From NCBI GenBank assembly GCA_000004985.1, contig GG739013.1: a stretch of 37,377 nucleotides of DNA. One strand, written 5' to 3'. The stretch is from Naegleria gruberi (lineage: Eukaryota). Position 1 is the first letter of the stretch. Every line of letters begins with the position of its first letter. Positions 21,001 to 31,293 of this stretch are shown piece by piece. Under the pieces are notes generated by a model. The model saw only the letters and a list, made by a program, of their open reading frames with translations, had not been told where the DNA came from and did not search any database. The translations under genes and the position numbers were made by a program.

Positions 21001-24000
21001 NNNNNNNNNNNNNNNNNNNNNNNNNNNNNNNNNNNNNNNNNNNNNNNNNNNNNNNNNNNNNNNNNNNNNNNNNNNNNNNNNNNNNNNNNNNNNNNNNNNN
21101 NNNNNNNNNNNNNNNNNNNNNNNNNNNNNNNNNNNNNNNNNNNNNNNNNNNNNNNNNNNNNNNNNNNNNNNNNNNNNNNNNNNNNNNNNNNNNNNNNNNN
21201 NNNNNNNNNNNNNNNNNNNNNNNNNNNNNNNNNNNNNNNNNNNNNNNNNNNNNNNNNNNNNNNNNNNNNNNNNNNNNNNNNNNNNNNNNNNNNNNNNNNN
21301 NNNNNNNNNNNNNNNNNNNNNNNNNNNNNNNNNNNNNNNNNNNNNNNNNNNNNNNNNNNNNNNNNNNNNNNNNNNNNNNNNNNNNNNNNNNNNNNNNNNN
21401 NNNNNNNNNNNNNNNNNNNNNNNNNNNNNNNNNNNNNNNNNNNNNNNNNNNNNNNNNNNNNNNNNNNNNNNNNNNNNNNNNNNNNNNNNNNNNNNNNNNN
21501 NNNNNNNNNNNNNNNNNNNNNNNNNNNNNNNNNNNNNNNNNNNNNNNNNNNNNNNNNNNNNNNNNNNNNNNNNNNNNNNNNNNNNNNNNNNNNNNNNNNN
21601 NNNNNNNNNNNNNNNNNNNNNNNNNNNNNNNNNNNNNNNNNNNNNNNNNNNNNNNNNNNNNNNNNNNNNNNNNNNNNNNNNNNNNNNNNNNNNNNNNNNN
21701 NNNNNNNNNNNNNNNNNNNNNNNNNNNNNNNNNNNNNNNNNNNNNNNNNNNNNNNNNNNNNNNNNNNNNNNNNNNNNNNNNNNNNNNNNNNNNNNNNNNN
21801 NNNNNNNNNNNNNNNNNNNNNNNNNNNNNNNNNNNNNNNNNNNNNNNNNNNNNNNNNNNNNNNNNNNNNNNNNNNNNNNNNNNNNNNNNNNNNNNNNNNN
21901 NNNNNNNNNNNNNNNNNNNNNNNNNNNNNNNNNNNNNNNNNNNNNNNNNNNNNNNNNNNNNNNNNNNNNNNNNNNNNNNNNNNNNNNNNNNNNNNNNNNN
22001 NNNNNNNNNNNNNNNNNNNNNNNNNNNNNNNNNNNNNNNNNNNNNNNNNNNNNNNNNNNNNNNNNNNNNNNNNNNNNNNNNNNNNNNNNNNNNNNNNNNN
22101 NNNNNNNNNNNNNNNNNNNNNNNNNNNNNNNNNNNNNNNNNNNNNNNNNNNNNNNNNNNNNNNNNNNNNNNNNNNNNNNNNNNNNNNNNNNNNNNNNNNN
22201 NNNNNNNNNNNNNNNNNNNNNNNNNNNNNNNNNNNNNNNNNNNNNNNNNNNNNNNNNNNNNNNNNNNNNNNNNNNNNNNNNNNNNNNNNNNNNNNNNNNN
22301 NNNNNNNNNNNNNNNNNNNNNNNNNNNNNNNNNNNNNNNNNNNNNNNNNNNNNNNNNNNNNNNNNNNNNNNNNNNNNNNNNNNNNNNNNNNNNNNNNNNN
22401 NNNNNNNNNNNNNNNNNNNNNNNNNNNNNNNNNNNNNNNNNNNNNNNNNNNNNNNNNNNNNNNNNNNNNNNNNNNNNNNNNNNNNNNNNNNNNNNNNNNN
22501 NNNNNNNNNNNNNNNNNNNNNNNNNNNNNNNNNNNNNNNNNNNNNNNNNNNNNNNNNNNNNNNNNNNNNNNNNNNNNNNNNNNNNNNNNNNNNNNNNNNN
22601 NNNNNNNNNNNNNNNNNNNNNNNNNNNNNNNNNNNNNNNNNNNNNNNNNNNNNNNNNNNNNNNNNNNNNNNNNNNNNNNNNNNNNNNNNNNNNNNNNNNN
22701 NNNNNNNNNNNNNNNNNNNNNNNNNNNNNNNNNNNNNNNNNNNNNNNNNNNNNNNNNNNNNNNNNNNNNNNNNNNNNNNNNNNNNNNNNNNNNNNNNNNN
22801 NNNNNNNNNNNNNNNNNNNNNNNNNNNNNNNNNNNNNNNNNNNNNNNNNNNNNNNNNNNNNNNNNNNNNNNNNNNNNNNNNNNNNNNNNNNNNNNNNNNN
22901 NNNNNNNNNNNNNNNNNNNNNNNNNNNNNNNNNNNNNNNNNNNNNNNNNNNNNNNNNNNNNNNNNNNNNNNNNNNNNNNNNNNNNNNNNNNNNNNNNNNN
23001 NNNNNNNNNNNNNNNNNNNNNNNNNNNNNNNNNNNNNNNNNNNNNNNNNNNNNNNNNNNNNNNNNNNNNNNNNNNNNNNNNNNNNNNNNNNNNNNNNNNN
23101 NNNNNNNNNNNNNNNNNNNNNNNNNNNNNNNNNNNNNNNNNNNNNNNNNNNNNNNNNNNNNNNNNNNNNNNNNNNNNNNNNNNNNNNNNNNNNNNNNNNN
23201 NNNNNNNNNNNNNNNNNNNNNNNNNNNNNNNNNNNNNNNNNNNNNNNNNNNNNNNNNNNNNNNNNNNNNNNNNNNNNNNNNNNNNNNNNNNNNNNNNNNN
23301 NNNNNNNNNNNNNNNNNNNNNNNNNNNNNNNNNNNNNNNNNNNNNNNNNNNNNNNNNNNNNNNNNNNNNNNNNNNNNNNNNNNNNNNNNNNNNNNNNNNN
23401 NNNNNNNNNNNNNNNNNNNNNNNNNNNNNNNNNNNNNNNNNNNNNNNNNNNNNNNNNNNNNNNNNNNNNNNNNNNNNNNNNNNNNNNNNNNNNNNNNNNN
23501 NNNNNNNNNNNNNNNNNNNNNNNNNNNNNNNNNNNNNNNNNNNNNNNNNNNNNNNNNNNNNNNNNNNNNNNNNNNNNNNNNNNNNNNNNNNNNNNNNNNN
23601 NNNNNNNNNNNNNNNNNNNNNNNNNNNNNNNNNNNNNNNNNNNNNNNNNNNNNNNNNNNNNNNNNNNNNNNNNNNNNNNNNNNNNNNNNNNNNNNNNNNN
23701 NNNNNNNNNNNNNNNNNNNNNNNNNNNNNNNNNNNNNNNNNNNNNNNNNNNNNNNNNNNNNNNNNNNNNNNNNNNNNNNNNNNNNNNNNNNNNNNNNNNN
23801 NNNNNNNNNNNNNNNNNNNNNNNNNNNNNNNNNNNNNNNNNNNNNNNNNNNNNNNNNNNNNNNNNNNNNNNNNNNNNNNNNNNNNNNNNNNNNNNNNNNN
23901 NNNNNNNNNNNNNNNNNNNNNNNNNNNNNNNNNNNNNNNNNNNNNNNNNNNNNNNNNNNNNNNNNNNNNNNNNNNNNNNNNNNNNNNNNNNNNNNNNNNN

Positions 24001-27000
24001 NNNNNNNNNNNNNNNNNNNNNNNNNNNNNNNNNNNNNNNNNNNNNNNNNNNNNNNNNNNNNNNNNNNNNNNNNNNNNNNNNNNNNNNNNNNNNNNNNNNN
24101 NNNNNNNNNNNNNNNNNNNNNNNNNNNNNNNNNNNNNNNNNNNNNNNNNNNNNNNNNNNNNNNNNNNNNNNNNNNNNNNNNNNNNNNNNNNNNNNNNNNN
24201 NNNNNNNNNNNNNNNNNNNNNNNNNNNNNNNNNNNNNNNNNNNNNNNNNNNNNNNNNNNNNNNNNNNNNNNNNNNNNNNNNNNNNNNNNNNNNNNNNNNN
24301 NNNNNNNNNNNNNNNNNNNNNNNNNNNNNNNNNNNNNNNNNNNNNNNNNNNNNNNNNNNNNNNNNNNNNNNNNNNNNNNNNNNNNNNNNNNNNNNNNNNN
24401 NNNNNNNNNNNNNNNNNNNNNNNNNNNNNNNNNNNNNNNNNNNNNNNNNNNNNNNNNNNNNNNNNNNNNNNNNNNNNNNNNNNNNNNNNNNNNNNNNNNN
24501 NNNNNNNNNNNNNNNNNNNNNNNNNNNNNNNNNNNNNNNNNNNNNNNNNNNNNNNNNNNNNNNNNNNNNNNNNNNNNNNNNNNNNNNNNNNNNNNNNNNN
24601 NNNNNNNNNNNNNNNNNNNNNNNNNNNNNNNNNNNNNNNNNNNNNNNNNNNNNNNNNNNNNNNNNNNNNNNNNNNNNNNNNNNNNNNNNNNNNNNNNNNN
24701 NNNNNNNNNNNNNNNNNNNNNNNNNNNNNNNNNNNNNNNNNNNNNNNNNNNNNNNNNNNNNNNNNNNNNNNNNNNNNNNNNNNNNNNNNNNNNNNNNNNN
24801 NNNNNNNNNNNNNNNNNNNNNNNNNNNNNNNNNNNNNNNNNNNNNNNNNNNNNNNNNNNNNNNNNNNNNNNNNNNNNNNNNNNNNNNNNNNNNNNNNNNN
24901 NNNNNNNNNNNNNNNNNNNNNNNNNNNNNNNNNNNNNNNNNNNNNNNNNNNNNNNNNNNNNNNNNNNNNNNNNNNNNNNNNNNNNNNNNNNNNNNNNNNN
25001 NNNNNNNNNNNNNNNNNNNNNNNNNNNNNNNNNNNNNNNNNNNNNNNNNNNNNNNNNNNNNNNNNNNNNNNNNNNNNNNNNNNNNNNNNNNNNNNNNNNN
25101 NNNNNNNNNNNNNNNNNNNNNNNNNNNNNNNNNNNNNNNNNNNNNNNNNNNNNNNNNNNNNNNNNNNNNNNNNNNNNNNNNNNNNNNNNNNNNNNNNNNN
25201 NNNNNNNNNNNNNNNNNNNNNNNNNNNNNNNNNNNNNNNNNNNNNNNNNNNNNNNNNNNNNNNNNNNNNNNNNNNNNNNNNNNNNNNNNNNNNNNNNNNN
25301 NNNNNNNNNNNNNNNNNNNNNNNNNNNNNNNNNNNNNNNNNNNNNNNNNNNNNNNNNNNNNNNNNNNNNNNNNNNNNNNNNNNNNNNNNNNNNNNNNNNN
25401 NNNNNNNNNNNNNNNNNNNNNNNNNNNNNNNNNNNNNNNNNNNNNNNNNNNNNNNNNNNNNNNNNNNNNNNNNNNNNNNNNNNNNNNNNNNNNNNNNNNN
25501 NNNNNNNNNNNNNNNNNNNNNNNNNNNNNNNNNNNNNNNNNNNNNNNNNNNNNNNNNNNNNNNNNNNNNNNNNNNNNNNNNNNNNNNNNNNNNNNNNNNN
25601 NNNNNNNNNNNNNNNNNNNNNNNNNNNNNNNNNNNNNNNNNNNNNNNNNNNNNNNNNNNNNNNNNNNNNNNNNNNNNNNNNNNNNNNNNNNNNNNNNNNN
25701 NNNNNNNNNNNNNNNNNNNNNNNNNNNNNNNNNNNNNNNNNNNNNNNNNNNNNNNNNNNNNNNNNNNNNNNNNNNNNNNNNNNNNNNNNNNNNNNNNNNN
25801 NNNNNNNNNNNNNNNNNNNNNNNNNNNNNNNNNNNNNNNNNNNNNNNNNNNNNNNNNNNNNNNNNNNNNNNNNNNNNNNNNNNNNNNNNNNNNNNNNNNN
25901 NNNNNNNNNNNNNNNNNNNNNNNNNNNNNNNNNNNNNNNNNNNNNNNNNNNNNNNNNNNNNNNNNNNNNNNNNNNNNNNNNNNNNNNNNNNNNNNNNNNN
26001 NNNNNNNNNNNNNNNNNNNNNNNNNNNNNNNNNNNNNNNNNNNNNNNNNNNNNNNNNNNNNNNNNNNNNNNNNNNNNNNNNNNNNNNNNNNNNNNNNNNN
26101 NNNNNNNNNNNNNNNNNNNNNNNNNNNNNNNNNNNNNNNNNNNNNNNNNNNNNNNNNNNNNNNNNNNNNNNNNNNNNNNNNNNNNNNNNNNNNNNNNNNN
26201 NNNNNNNNNNNNNNNNNNNNNNNNNNNNNNNNNNNNNNNNNNNNNNNNNNNNNNNNNNNNNNNNNNNNNNNNNNNNNNNNNNNNNNNNNNNNNNNNNNNN
26301 NNNNNNNNNNNNNNNNNNNNNNNNNNNNNNNNNNNNNNNNNNNNNNNNNNNNNNNNNNNNNNNNNNNNNNNNNNNNNNNNNNNNNNNNNNNNNNNNNNNN
26401 NNNNNNNNNNNNNNNNNNNNNNNNNNNNNNNNNNNNNNNNNNNNNNNNNNNNNNNNNNNNNNNNNNNNNNNNNNNNNNNNNNNNNNNNNNNNNNNNNNNN
26501 NNNNNNNNNNNNNNNNNNNNNNNNNNNNNNNNNNNNNNNNNNNNNNNNNNNNNNNNNNNNNNNNNNNNNNNNNNNNNNNNNNNNNNNNNNNNNNNNNNNN
26601 NNNNNNNNNNNNNNNNNNNNNNNNNNNNNNNNNNNNNNNNNNNNNNNNNNNNNNNNNNNNNNNNNNNNNNNNNNNNNNNNNNNNNNNNNNNNNNNNNNNN
26701 NNNNNNNNNNNNNNNNNNNNNNNNNNNNNNNNNNNNNNNNNNNNNNNNNNNNNNNNNNNNNNNNNNNNNNNNNNNNNNNNNNNNNNNNNNNNNNNNNNNN
26801 NNNNNNNNNNNNNNNNNNNNNNNNNNNNNNNNNNNNNNNNNNNNNNNNNNNNNNNNNNNNNNNNNNNNNNNNNNNNNNNNNNNNNNNNNNNNNNNNNNNN
26901 NNNNNNNNNNNNNNNNNNNNNNNNNNNNNNNNNNNNNNNNNNNNNNNNNNNNNNNNNNNNNNNNNNNNNNNNNNNNNNNNNNNNNNNNNNNNNNNNNNNN

Positions 27001-29089
27001 NNNNNNNNNNNNNNNNNNNNNNNNNNNNNNNNNNNNNNNNNNNNNNNNNNNNNNNNNNNNNNNNNNNNNNNNNNNNNNNNNNNNNNNNNNNNNNNNNNNN
27101 NNNNNNNNNNNNNNNNNNNNNNNNNNNNNNNNNNNNNNNNNNNNNNNNNNNNNNNNNNNNNNNNNNNNNNNNNNNNNNNNNNNNNNNNNNNNNNNNNNNN
27201 NNNNNNNNNNNNNNNNNNNNNNNNNNNNNNNNNNNNNNNNNNNNNNNNNNNNNNNNNNNNNNNNNNNNNNNNNNNNNNNNNNNNNNNNNNNNNNNNNNNN
27301 NNNNNNNNNNNNNNNNNNNNNNNNNNNNNNNNNNNNNNNNNNNNNNNNNNNNNNNNNNNNNNNNNNNNNNNNNNNNNNNNNNNNNNNNNNNNNNNNNNNN
27401 NNNNNNNNNNNNNNNNNNNNNNNNNNNNNNNNNNNNNNNNNNNNNNNNNNNNNNNNNNNNNNNNNNNNNNNNNNNNNNNNNNNNNNNNNNNNNNNNNNNN
27501 NNNNNNNNNNNNNNNNNNNNNNNNNNNNNNNNNNNNNNNNNNNNNNNNNNNNNNNNNNNNNNNNNNNNNNNNNNNNNNNNNNNNNNNNNNNNNNNNNNNN
27601 NNNNNNNNNNNNNNNNNNNNNNNNNNNNNNNNNNNNNNNNNNNNNNNNNNNNNNNNNNNNNNNNNNNNNNNNNNNNNNNNNNNNNNNNNNNNNNNNNNNN
27701 NNNNNNNNNNNNNNNNNNNNNNNNNNNNNNNNNNNNNNNNNNNNNNNNNNNNNNNNNNNNNNNNNNNNNNNNNNNNNNNNNNNNNNNNNNNNNNNNNNNN
27801 NNNNNNNNNNNNNNNNNNNNNNNNNNNNNNNNNNNNNNNNNNNNNNNNNNNNNNNNNNNNNNNNNNNNNNNNNNNNNNNNNNNNNNNNNNNNNNNNNNNN
27901 NNNNNNNNNNNNNNNNNNNNNNNNNNNNNNNNNNNNNNNNNNNNNNNNNNNNNNNNNNNNNNNNNNNNNNNNNNNNNNNNNNNNNNNNNNNNNNNNNNNN
28001 NNNNNNNNNNNNNNNNNNNNNNNNNNNNNNNNNNNNNNNNNNNNNNNNNNNNNNNNNNNNNNNNNNNNNNNNNNNNNNNNNNNNNNNNNNNNNNNNNNNN
28101 NNNNNNNNNNNNNNNNNNNNNNNNNNNNNNNNNNNNNNNNNNNNNNNNNNNNNNNNNNNNNNNNNNNNNNNNNNNNNNNNNNNNNNNNNNNNNNNNNNNN
28201 NNNNNNNNNNNNNNNNNNNNNNNNNNNNNNNNNNNNNNNNNNNNNNNNNNNNNNNNNNNNNNNNNNNNNNNNNNNNNNNNNNNNNNNNNNNNNNNNNNNN
28301 NNNNNNNNNNNNNNNNNNNNNNNNNNNNNNNNNNNNNNNNNNNNNNNNNNNNNNNNNNNNNNNNNNNNNNNNNNNNNNNNNNNNNNNNNNNNNNNNNNNN
28401 NNNNNNNNNNNNNNNNNNNNNNNNNNNNNNNNNNNNNNNNNNNNNNNNNNNNNNNNNNNNNNNNNNNNNNNNNNNNNNNNNNNNNNNNNNNNNNNNNNNN
28501 NNNNNNNNNNNNNNNNNNNNNNNNNNNNNNNNNNNNNNNNNNNNNNNNNNNNNNNNNNNNNNNNNNNNNNNNNNNNNNNNNNNNNNNNNNNNNNNNNNNN
28601 NNNNNNNNNNNNNNNNNNNNNNNNNNNNNNNNNNNNNNNNNNNNNNNNNNNNNNNNNNNNNNNNNNNNNNNNNNNNNNNNNNNNNNNNNNNNNNNNNNNN
28701 NNNNNNNNNNNNNNNNNNNNNNNNNNNNNNNNNNNNNNNNNNNNNNNNNNNNNNNNNNNNNNNNNNNNNNNNNNNNNNNNNNNNNNNNNNNNNNNNNNNN
28801 NNNNNNNNNNNNNNNNNNNNNNNNNNNNNNNNNNNNNNNNNNNNNNNNNNNNNNNNNNNNNNNNNNNNNNNNNNNNNNNNNNNNNNNNNNNNNNNNNNNN
28901 NNNNNNNNNNNNNNNNNNNNNNNNNNNNNNNNNNNNNNNNNNNNNNNNNNNNNNNNNNNNNNNNNNNNNNNNNNNNNNNNNNNNNNNNNNNNNNNNNNNN
29001 NNNNNNNNNNNNNNNNNNNNNNNNNNNNNNNNNNNNNNNNNNNNNNNNNNNNNNNNNNNNNNNNNNNNNNNNNNNNNNNNNNNNNNNNN
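3012..29089. other. assembly gap (26,078 N)
   Basis: Uninterrupted N run. The 8.7k-aa ORFs across it are translation artefacts. Confidence 1.
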
Positions 29090-29164
29090 TATAATAGTGC
29101 AGGTGATAGACCAGCAGCAACAGTTTCGAGATTGGTTAAATATTTACAAACAACCAAACAATAA
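29090..29164 (+). CDS. possible 3' end of a gene lying in the gap (..YNSAGDRPAATVSRLVKYLQTTKQ*)
   Basis: 25 sense codons emerge from the gap and end at TAA 29162-29164. AATAAA at 29159-29164 overlaps the stop, the same arrangement as at the NlpC/P60 gene. The visible piece is too short for any domain call. Confidence 0.25.
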   Translation, partial: YNSAGDRPAATVSRLVKYLQTTKQ

Positions 29165-29221
29165 ATAGCTAAAATATGTTTATTAAGGCGAAGTAAGGAA
29201 TGATAAATTCATTTGGTGTAA

Positions 29222-29279
29222 TCGGGCGTGGTATAGTGGTAGCATTCCAGACTGTCACTCTGGCGACCCGGGTTCAATT
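29222..29279 (+). pseudogene. tRNA-Asp(GUC)-like 5' fragment, truncated in the T arm
   Basis: TCGGGCG-TG-GTAT-AGTGGTA-GCAT-T-CCAGA-CTGTCAC-TCTGG-CGAC-CCGGG-TTCAATT gives acceptor 5' strand, D arm, a good anticodon stem-loop (anticodon GTC at 29254-29256) and T stem 5' strand plus T loop. No complementary T-stem 3' strand or acceptor 3' strand follows; instead there is TTATGTAGTTTTAGG with a T-run. Confidence 0.4.
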
Positions 29280-29522
29280 TTATGTAGTTTTAGGTTTTGG
29301 AAATTTTAAATGAAAATTTATGTTCCAGCCTTTGTGGTCAATAAATACTAATCGTATTTAATTATGAATTAAGAGTTGCTCCAGAGGATCATGAAATGTT
29401 ATATCATGATTAAATCCAATGGAAATGTTTGAATTCTTCATTCATAGAAGATGAAAAATGTGTTTAGGTGGTATTGTTGTTCTATTAATTAATAAAAATT
29501 GAAATTTAAGGTACCAATCTGC

Positions 29523-29729
29523 ATGTTCACAAATCCCCCATTCACAAACCATGGCTGGAAAGGAATGCAGCAATCATCTATGAACGAGGAAACCTACAGC
29601 GAAGCATGTTTCCAGTTCGATATCATGCTCAAGATATGTGACTACAGAGTCTTCATCTTGGTTAACCTCAAAGGTCAGATTGACTCAAAAAAGTCGAGTT
29701 TATGTATTCCTACAGAAAAGATCCTGTAG
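29523..29729 (+). CDS. hypothetical small ORF (68 aa from first ATG; the track's M at 29499 is TTG)
   Basis: About 42% GC against roughly 28% in the flanks, with mixed C-ending codons. MFTNPPFTNHGWKGMQQSSMNEETYSEACFQFDIMLKICDYRVFILVNLKGQIDSKKSSLCIPTEKIL*. No domain recognised; it could equally be an exon of a larger gene. Confidence 0.25.
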   Translation: MFTNPPFTNHGWKGMQQSSMNEETYSEACFQFDIMLKICDYRVFILVNLKGQIDSKKSSLCIPTEKIL

Positions 29730-29969
29730 AAGTACAGTCAATGGTTTTATCAATCTTGCATCCTCAATGATGTTATATCGGTTGTGAAAGTGAGAAATGT
29801 TGTGAGGAAAAGTTATGGTTAAAAAATTGGGAAAAATTAGAAGACATATTCAAGAAAATATTTGAATGAGTTGGAGAAACACAAGAAAATGATAAATAAC
29901 TAAAAAACGACCTTGTGTGATTATTGATCTATTCCCATCTGAAAATCAAGTTGGTTGGCCAAACATGAA

Positions 29970-30050
29970 GCAGGGGTTCCCGAGTGGTCAAAGGGGGTAG
30001 ACTCAAGTTCTACTGCGCAAGCTTCGTGGGTTCAAATCCCACCTTCTGCA
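29970..30050 (+). tRNA. tRNA-Leu(CAA), second copy, 81/81 identical to 1996-2076
   Basis: Same cloverleaf, anticodon CAA at 30004-30006. The 10 nt immediately 5' (caaaCAtgaa vs caaaTGtgaa) and about 25 nt 3' of the terminator are also conserved between copies. TTTT at 30053-30056. Confidence 0.9.
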
Positions 30051-30052
30051 GC

Positions 30053-30056
30053 TTTT
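30053..30056 (+). terminator. Pol III T4 terminator
   Basis: TTTT three nt after the tRNA 3' end. Confidence 0.6.
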
Positions 30057-30206
30057 GCTTCTTTCTCCCTCAATATTTTTGGTAAGACCACCAGTTTCCT
30101 ATTTTTATTGTTCGTATGACGTCTAGTTTCTATGGTAAAAGTTTGATTCAATTCCATCAAGGCTCTATGAAGATAATCAATAAAGATAACACTGACCTCA
30201 AATACT

Positions 30207-30418
30207 AGCAAATAATGTTTTAAACTTTTCATTTCCAGTAAAAATACCTTTAAAAATTTCAAACAAACCAAAGATTGAGAAACAGCCGCTCATAGTTATT
30301 CTCTGAATGAAATGCCTTCTAGGAGCTACAGATCCGCATTGTTACAGCCGAATAAGGTTTTTGTGAATGACAATATGGAGAACATTTTGGAAATGAAAAG
30401 TTTAAAACATTATTTGCT
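30207..30418. mobile_element. foldback / MITE-like element: perfect 31-bp terminal inverted repeats flanking a 150-bp non-coding core
   Basis: Left arm 30207-30237 AGCAAATAATGTTTTAAACTTTTCATTTCCA is the exact reverse complement of 30388-30418, checked base by base. The interior has no ORF. No target-site duplication is evident (flanks ..aatact / tttcaag..). It lies between tRNA-Leu copy 2 and the stop codon of the minus-strand gene at 30432. Confidence 0.55.
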
Positions 30419-30431
30419 TTTCAAGTTCTAT

Positions 30432-31241
30432 TTATTTCCACAGATTTTTCAATGGAAAATTAAATTCTTTCGATTTTTCTATTAGTGAATGAATGATTGA
30501 CTTGTCAATTGAATCATTTTTGATGAGAACTTGGAGTGGATCTACCCTTTCAAATAAGGATATAAAAAACAACAAATAAATTCCATTTTCTATTGATAGT
30601 AACTTATCTGAATATAATTTGATGAAATAGTCCATAATTGGATAGGATCTGTTCAATGTGTATACAAGTTGTGTTTTTTTGAACAATTGGAAATAATCTG
30701 GTAAGACTTTACACAATCTTTCCAATAGTGGGATTGTAAAATTGTTGGAAAGCAATAATTGGTCAAAATATCTTGGGACAGCAATCAATAAACACACTAT
30801 AGTTCTGTGGTTTGTTTGAATTTTGTAAGCACCAATCCATTTTAAATGATTTTCAAAGTAGGTCATATAAATTGACAGTTCCTTCTCCCGACATGCAAGT
30901 TCTGTATTCAATTCAAACCACCATGCACTCATCAATATTTTGATTCTGTGATAGTGAAACTTTTTCATTAGTACTTCTTTTTCATTTTGATTTTTTGGGA
31001 TAGTCTGAGATAGAATAATCAATTGTTGGCAATTTTCTTTTGGAAGTGGTATTTTGTTCCTTCTCACTCTTGACAATAAAACAAATTTAGGATTATTTGA
31101 CTCGGAGATCATTGATGTGAAGGCATTCAGTAAATCATTGGTAGTGATTAATTGATAAAATTGAGGTTCATTCTTCAAAAGTGTATGCAGTTCGGAAAAA
31201 GGCAAGAATTTCAATATTAAAGATAGTATTTCCGTGGTAAG
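30432..31241 (-). CDS. terminal coding exon (about 269 aa) of a minus-strand gene whose upstream exons lie in the 31294-35320 gap; alpha-helical protein of unknown function
   Basis: Continuous ORF ending at TAA (plus 30432-30434). There is no ATG at its 5' end: the track's M at 31214 is TTG. An in-frame TAG at plus 31242-31244 coincides with a ..tgtgtatttattatgtaacTAG acceptor, so the exon starts in phase 0 at 31241 (LTTEILSLILKFLPFSELHTLLKNEPQFYQL...NLWK*). A/T-biased codon usage throughout. Confidence 0.6.
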   Translation of the reverse strand, partial: LTTEILSLILKFLPFSELHTLLKNEPQFYQLITTNDLLNAFTSMISESNNPKFVLLSRVRRNKIPLPKENCQQLIILSQTIPKNQNEKEVLMKKFHYHRIKILMSAWWFELNTELACREKELSIYMTYFENHLKWIGAYKIQTNHRTIVCLLIAVPRYFDQLLLSNNFTIPLLERLCKVLPDYFQLFKKTQLVYTLNRSYPIMDYFIKLYSDKLLSIENGIYLLFFISLFERVDPLQVLIKNDSIDKSIIHSLIEKSKEFNFPLKNLWK

Positions 31242-31293
31242 CTAGTTACATAATAAATACACATTTTTTAATGTTGCGTAATCCTCCCAAAAG

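Noticed and set aside
2986-29164. Three ORFs of about 8.7k aa each spanning 2986-29164 on both strands, plus the 1.3-1.6k-aa ORFs across 31242-36068
   Set aside because: They consist almost entirely of X translated from N. Only their real-sequence ends were considered: 29090-29164 and 35321-36068, the latter trimmed to the true ATG at 35933.
30032-30271. 79-aa minus-strand ORF ending ..AEGGI
   Set aside because: Antisense to tRNA-Leu copy 2, and it runs through the left arm of the 31-bp inverted repeat. Spurious.
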